From NCBI GenBank assembly GCA_002269645.1, contig NIVC01000412.1, positions 372,001 through 436,000 of the forward strand: a stretch of 64,000 nt of DNA, read 5' to 3'. The translations under genes were made by a program, and so were the position numbers. The DNA is from Macrostomum lignano. Lineage: Eukaryota. Every line of letters begins with the position of its first letter. Position 1 is the stretch's first letter. Below, in pieces: positions 58,421 to 64,000 of this stretch. Under the pieces are notes generated by a model. The model ran no database searches and was not told the origin of the DNA. It saw only the letters and a list, made by a program, of their open reading frames with translations.

Positions 58421-60138
58421 TTATGTAAAACTTATAATACTTTTAAATTAGTTATGAATAATTACAAATAGCTAAGTAGATTATTTATTTCACTATTTTT
58501 AAAGCAATTTGGTGCTGCAAAAAAGCGATATTTAGTCAGCAGTTGTTATACGATTTCGCTTCCAAACGAAGGATGTTACAAATTCAAACAGCGTTTTTTC
58601 TACGATTCGCGAGCGATCGTACCATATTTTAAAGCTGTAAAAATAAAAATTTTGCATCTAGGTATTATAATTCAAATTAAAATAATAATATTGCTTATCA
58701 TTGCGAAGAATCGGTTTGCAAATACTTCTAAAGCATATTTATTGAACTTATTCCATTCTTTTAACTGGATAAGATAAGGCTAGATTGGAAGGACACGTTA
58801 GTATTGATCTAGATTCAGTTGTCAAATAATAAGTTGAGTTGAAATTAGGCGCAAAGATTTGTTGTAGTAAAGTTTGTGAATAAATCTTTGTCTGGCAGAA
58901 AAACCACTTCTTAGCAAAATAAGTAAAGCTTTAATTAATAATTAATGAAATACTAACTTTAGACCTTTAGTAGACCTGCGTCCTTATAACTTCGCTTTAT
59001 CATTTATGTGCATGTTGATGTTGCCTGTTGCTGCATAGCAAATTTTTAGTATTTCACTTGGTCATTAAGTTAATACAAATATAATCAGCAAACAGTTTTT
59101 AAAAAAGCATTCTGGTTTTCAAAATATCCAAATGGCACAAATTCAGGTATGTTTTTATATATTATGTGAGATTTTGTAAACTATAAATAAATCTTATTAA
59201 TCTTTTCATGTTATTATATTCTAGATATAACATATTGACATAGATTAACATAGTCATAGTCATTCCTATAGACACACTTATAAGAATATATTATGGCCTT
59301 AATTTTATTTATTCATAAGTATACATATTTAATTGTACTTTAATGATTGGCCTTCAAGGTATTGATTGCACTTGCAGACCCAAGCCAAGTGCCATGCTAG
59401 ACTACTAAGTAGCATATTAATATAAGGCCTAATTATATAAAAAATATTAGCTACTTTACAAACAGGGACAAATTTTGGTCATGGGTTTATGGTATCCTCT
59501 ACTGATGATACCATTTTATTTATGGCATCATTGTTATAAATATAGGTACCCTTGCTGCAAATTTTAGTACCATTGCTGCAAATGTTGGCACTCCTACTGA
59601 TAGCCCACCCTTCCCCCAAACAGAATTCCTAGATCTGCCACTGTTTTCAAATATATAATCTTTAAACTGTTAAACAAAATTTAAGCATAATAACCTTATT
59701 TATACATATACAATATAAAGTATTATTTACTCATTAGTAATTGTTAGTAACTATAATGTAAGCCTAAATATATCTATATTTAAAAAGGACAAAAAAGCTT
59801 TATATGCTTAAAGGCCTCTTAAAAGCTTTTTAACTTTGACTTATAAAACAAAAGTCTGACATGATCAAGATTTTTAGGAATTGGATGGGATTATAGTTCT
59901 TTTTTGCTAGGATCCCAAGATTTTAGGACTATATGAATAATATTTGTAGGATCCCTGTCTAATATATAAGTATATATAGAGGTTGAATTTGGTTTGACAT
60001 TTTTGAGATCAGATGATATCAGGATTCCAATTTTTGTTAAGTTTCTAGGATTTTGCTATGTAATCAGGTTCTTTAGCTTAAGAGTTATATTAAATTAACA
60101 CTAATATGCATACTGTATACTTTTGTCACCAATTTTAG

Positions 60139-60222
60139 GCCAGAGCAATGTACGACTTTGCTTCTCAAAATGAGGATGAATTGTCATTTCGTACTGGCGA
60201 AGTTTTGACTGTTGTTTCTCAG
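60139..60222 (+). CDS. SNX9: Sorting nexin SNX9/18/33 family, SH3 exon
   Basis: TTTTAG|ARAMYDFASQNEDELSFRTGEVLTVVSQ|GTGAGT. The short Met exon was not located. Confidence 0.85.
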
Positions 60223-60465
60223 GTGAGTGTGAATTGGATCAATGCTGCTGCCTCCTTAGACATACATGCGCAACATCCAGCCCAGCTAAGTCACAAAAAT
60301 GCCCACGCAAATAATATAGACGTAGTACTAATTAGCTGACGAGGCATTTATTCTTAATACTACAGTTATAGTTACTCTTATTGTTTACCCAAAATTACGT
60401 TGATTGTGCTTCGGTTTCTTTCATAGGTAAGTTGCATTTTCTTTCTAACCAAAACTAATTTGCAG

Positions 60466-60855
60466 TACGTCGGCGACGGCTATGAAGGCTGGTGGCTCGG
60501 CCGGTCTGCCTCTGGTCAGGAGGGCTACATACCCGAGAGCTTCGTTGAGCTGCTGTCGCCTCCTGAGCCGTCGATACCCCCACCGCCGCCGCCGCCCCCG
60601 CCGCCGCCATCCTACGAGAACCTGGCTCCGCAGCCGCGGCACTACCAGCAGTTCCAGCAGCAGCAGGCCTCGCCAGTAGCTCCGCCGCCGCCAAAAGAGA
60701 GCTTTTTCGCCGACGAGAGCTGGAGCTCCGACGAAGATGATGGCGGTGCCAGCGCCGTGACCCCGCGCAATGTCGCTAGAGGCGGCGGTGGAGCTGCAGT
60801 CGCCAATCGGGCGGGCCAGGGTAGTCGCTTCTCGGTTGCTGGGACACCTGGGCAG
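60466..60855 (+). CDS. SNX9: Sorting nexin exon: end of SH3 and Pro-rich/acidic low-complexity region
   Basis: YVGDGYEGWWLGRSASGQEGYIPESFVEL...SWSSDEDD; phase 0-0. Confidence 0.85.
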
Positions 60856-60989
60856 GTGAGAATGCGGAATTGGAGGATTAGGGATCAGCTAGTGCGGATT
60901 GGGGAATTTAAGATAGTGAGGATTAGCAATGTGTCTAAATCGTGGATTAAAAGTCCATAGGGAAGATTAGAGAAGTTAGGGATTAGGAT

Positions 60990-62455
60990 AAGGGAGGTCA
61001 CTAGAGGGCGGCTATGGGAGGTCACTAGAGGGCGGATATAGGAGGTCACCAGAGGGGTGGATAAGGGAGGTCACCAGAGGGGTGGATAAGGAAGGTCACC
61101 AGAGGGGTAGATAAGGGAGGTCACCAGAGGGGTGGATAAGGGAGGTCACCAGAGGGCGGATATGGGGAGGTCACTACAGGGCGGATATGGGGAGGTCACT
61201 ACAGGGCGGATATGGGGAGGTCACTACAGGGCGGATATGGAGAGGTTACTACAGGGCGGATATGGGGAGGTCACTACAGGGCGGATATGGGGAGGTCACT
61301 ACAGGGCAGATATGGAGAGGTCACTACAGGGTGGATATGGGGAGGTCACTACAGGGCAGATATGGAGAGGTCACTACAGGGTGGATATGGGGAGGTCACT
61401 ACAGGGCGGATATGGGGAGGTCACTACAGGGCGGATATGGGGAGGTCACTACAGGGCGGATATGGGGAGGTCACTACAGGGCGGATATGGGGAGGTCACT
61501 ACAGGGGGATAAGAGAGGTCACTACAGGGCGGATAAGAGAGGTCACTACAGGGCGGATATGGGGAGGTCACTACAGGTCGGATATGGGGAGGTCACTACA
61601 GGGCGGATATGGGGAGGTCGCTACAGGGCGGATATGGGGAGGTCACTACAGGGCAGATATGGAGAGGTCACTACAGGGGGATAAGAGAGGTCACTACAGG
61701 GCGGATATGGGGAGGTCACTACAGGGGGATAAGAGAGGTCACTACAGGGCGGATAAGAGAGGTCACTACAGGGCGGATATGGGGAGGTCACTACAGGTCG
61801 GATATGGGGAGGTCACTACAGGGCGGATATGGGGAGGTCACTACAGAGCGGATATGGGGAGGTCACTACAGGGCAGATATGGAGAGGTCACTATAGGGTG
61901 GATATGGGGAGGTCACTACAGGGCGGATATGGGGAGGTCACTACAGGGTGGATAAGAGAGGTCACTACAGGGCGGATATGGGGAGGTCACTACAGGGCGG
62001 ATATGGGGAGGTCACTACAGGGCGGATATGGGGAGGTCGCTACAGGGCGGATATGGGGAGGTCACTACAGAGCGGATATGGGGAGGTCACTACAGGGCAG
62101 ATATGGAGAGGTCACTACAGGGTGGATAAGAGAGGTCACTACAGGGCGGATATGGGGAGGTCACTACAGGGCGGATATGGGGAGGTCGCTACAGGGCGGA
62201 TATGGGGAGGTCACTACAGAGCGGATATGGGGAGGTCACTACAGGGCAGATATGGAGAGGTCACTACAGGGTGGATAAGAGAGGTCACTACAGGGCGGAT
62301 ATGGGGAGGTCACTACAGGGCGGATATGGGGAGGTCGCTACAGGGCGGATATGGGGAGGTCACTACAGAGCGGATATGGGGAGGTCACTACAGGGCAGAT
62401 ATGGAGAGGTCACTACAGGGTGGATAAGAGAGGTCACTACAGGGCGGATATGGGA
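60990..62455. repeat. 25-bp G-rich intronic minisatellite (gggcggatatggggaggtcactaca)
   Basis: Over 50 tandem units; source of the repetitive ORFs at 61132-62645. Confidence 0.95.
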
Positions 62456-62536
62456 GGTCAAGAAAGCGGACAGAAGGCTGCTCCAGTTCATCCCACGTTG
62501 CCTCACTGCTGCTGCCTTACTCGCCCACAACCGCAG

Positions 62537-62637
62537 GGTCCCGCTGGCGCCCCAGCCCTGCGCAAGGCGGTCTCCAGCACGCTGTCCACCACCTCGGCTG
62601 AGGCCAACAACCGAAAGACCATCCGCGGCCTGCCTAA
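62537..62637 (+). CDS. SNX9: Sorting nexin linker exon
   Basis: CCGCAG|GPAGAPALRKAVSSTLSTTSAEANNRKTIRGLP AA|GTGAGT; phase 2 matches the next exon. Confidence 0.7.
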
Positions 62638-62979
62638 GTGAGTGATTTTCCTTGGTTACAAGTGAATCCCATTTTTTTGGGGGGGATTCCAAGCCTATTG
62701 TCACTCTCTGTAATAATCATAGATATCTTTAATATTTAAAGGACTTGTATGGCATTCTGTCTACTTCAAATTATTGCTGTCTCCTGTGCAGTTTCTTGTA
62801 TGCACGACGAGTTGCTGTTTACTTAATATGGTAATTGAAATGCATAGACATATATCGCTTCTTTTTCCATTGCTGCACTCTTGCAAGTAAAATCCGCCCT
62901 TTCTGCGCGATAAAAATAGACTGATGTACTGTTGTAGCCTCGTGCGTTTGCTGCGGTTGAGTTTTCTAATAACCCCTCT

Positions 62980-63475
62980 TAGATCCTCTGGGCCAGCCTC
63001 CCAGATCCTCAGCTGCTGGGCCAGCTTCCCAGATCTTCAGTTGCTAGGCCAGCTTCCCAGATCCTCAGTTGCTGGGCCAGCTTCCCAGTTTCTCAGTTGC
63101 TGGGCCAGCTTCCCAGATCCTCAGCTGCTGGGCCAGCTTCCCAGTTTCTCAGTTGCTGGGCCAGCTTCCCAGATCCTCAGCTGCTGGGCCAGCTTCCCAG
63201 TTTCTCAGTTGCTGGGCCAGCCTCCCAGATCCCTCAGTTGCTGGGCCAGCTTCCCAGATCCTCAGTTGCTGGGCCAGCCTCCCAGATTCCTCAGTTGCTG
63301 GGCCAGCTTCCCAGATCCTCAGTTGCTGGGCCAGCCTCCCAGATTCCTCAGTTGCTGCGCCAGCCTCCCAGATTCCTCAGTTGCTGGGCCAGCCTCCCAG
63401 ATCCCTCAGTTGCTGGGCCAGCCTCCCAGATCCCTCAGTTGCTGGGCCAGCCTCTCAGATCCCTCAGTTTCTGGG
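62980..63475. repeat. ~29-bp intronic minisatellite (tgctgggccagcttcccagatcctcagt)
   Basis: Tandem units. Confidence 0.9.
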
Positions 63476-63545
63476 CCTTATTAAAAATTTTGTCTCTGAT
63501 TCTGAAGACTGTGAACTCGGAATTTTTGTAATTTTATCACCTCAG

Positions 63546-63621
63546 AGTTGCTGGCATCAAGGAATTTTTACTGACGGACGAGGTGCCCCCCGTGACAGAC
63601 ATTGACACCGTGACAGTTGTT
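63546..63621 (+). CDS. SNX9: Sorting nexin exon (pre-PX, Yoke region)
   Basis: CCTCAG|(K)VAGIKEFLLTDEVPPVTDIDTVTVV|GTGAGT, comparable to the SNX9-family segment SGVEAFILG; phase-compatible on both sides. Confidence 0.7.
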
Positions 63622-63713
63622 GTGAGTTCTATCTAGCCAAATTCATCATTACAGATTTATCTAGGAAATCCGATAGCTTGGTGCATAATAACATTGATTT
63701 ATTTGCAACTCAG

Positions 63714-63839
63714 GTTGACGGTCAAGAGCTGGCCTGGCAGCCTCGGGAGCAGGCCTTCACCTGCAAGGTCACGGATCCGTCCAAGGCCAGCAAAATGAGG
63801 GGTCTGAAGAGCTACATTGCCTACCAGATCTCCACTTCG
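63714..63839 (+). CDS. SNX9: Sorting nexin exon: start of the PX domain; the gene continues beyond the window
   Basis: VDGQELAWQPREQAFTCKVTDPSKASKMRGLKSYIAYQISTS|GTGCGT, typical of the SNX9/18/33 motif DPxKxxKxxGxKSYIxY. Confidence 0.9.
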
Positions 63840-64000
63840 GTGCGTGTTGCTGAGCACACTGATTGTCTTTTTGGGGAAGCTACCATTCCTTGTACTTTTA
63901 TATCTAATCTCTTAGTTTGCTTCCTTGTCCGCTCTAGTCCGCTACTCCGCTTTAATCCGCTTACCACTTTCTAATCGTCACTAATCCGCTACCTCATCCT

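Noticed and set aside
61132-62645. Gly-rich repetitive ORFs
   Set aside because: They lie in a 25-bp intronic array; only 62537-62637 is a real exon.

Overview
Animal (invertebrate) genomic DNA: GC-rich spliced exons with GT-AG introns, in AT-rich DNA crowded with minisatellites and DNA transposons. The style resembles the free-living flatworm Macrostomum, but that is an inference. Genes: (i) scattered minus-strand exons resembling the ERAP1-C domain of an M1 aminopeptidase (0.1-1.8 kb, possibly degenerate); (ii) a two-exon, tail-anchored GST-fold protein (GDAP1/metaxin-like, 13.8-15.1 kb); (iii) bifunctional PAPS synthase (25.1-31.0 kb) with a 1-nt frameshift in the sulfurylase half; (iv) a 3038-aa single-ORF sacsin-like protein with two SRR units, a J-like region lacking HPD, and HEPN (37.1-46.2 kb, minus); (v) an intronless class A GPCR with one stop and two frameshifts (51.1-52.3 kb); (vi) the 5' part of an SNX9/18/33-type sorting nexin (60.1 kb to the window end). 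Mobile DNA: two inverted copies of a nested hAT>Tc1 composite, one carrying an extra MITE; tandem non-autonomous Helitrons carrying minisatellites; a defective mariner; a 4.2-kb Mutator/Foldback-like element with very long TIRs, a 9-bp TSD and unidentified GC-rich cargo; and several MITEs. Most unusual signals: a regional C-to-T hypermutation domain acting on transposons, the giant-TIR cargo element, a candidate zero-length (recursive) AG|GTAAGT splice site plus intronic minisatellites built of AG|GT motifs, and a minisatellite born from the PAPSS stop-codon region. All coordinates, alignments and translations were read by eye. Frameshifts could be assembly errors.
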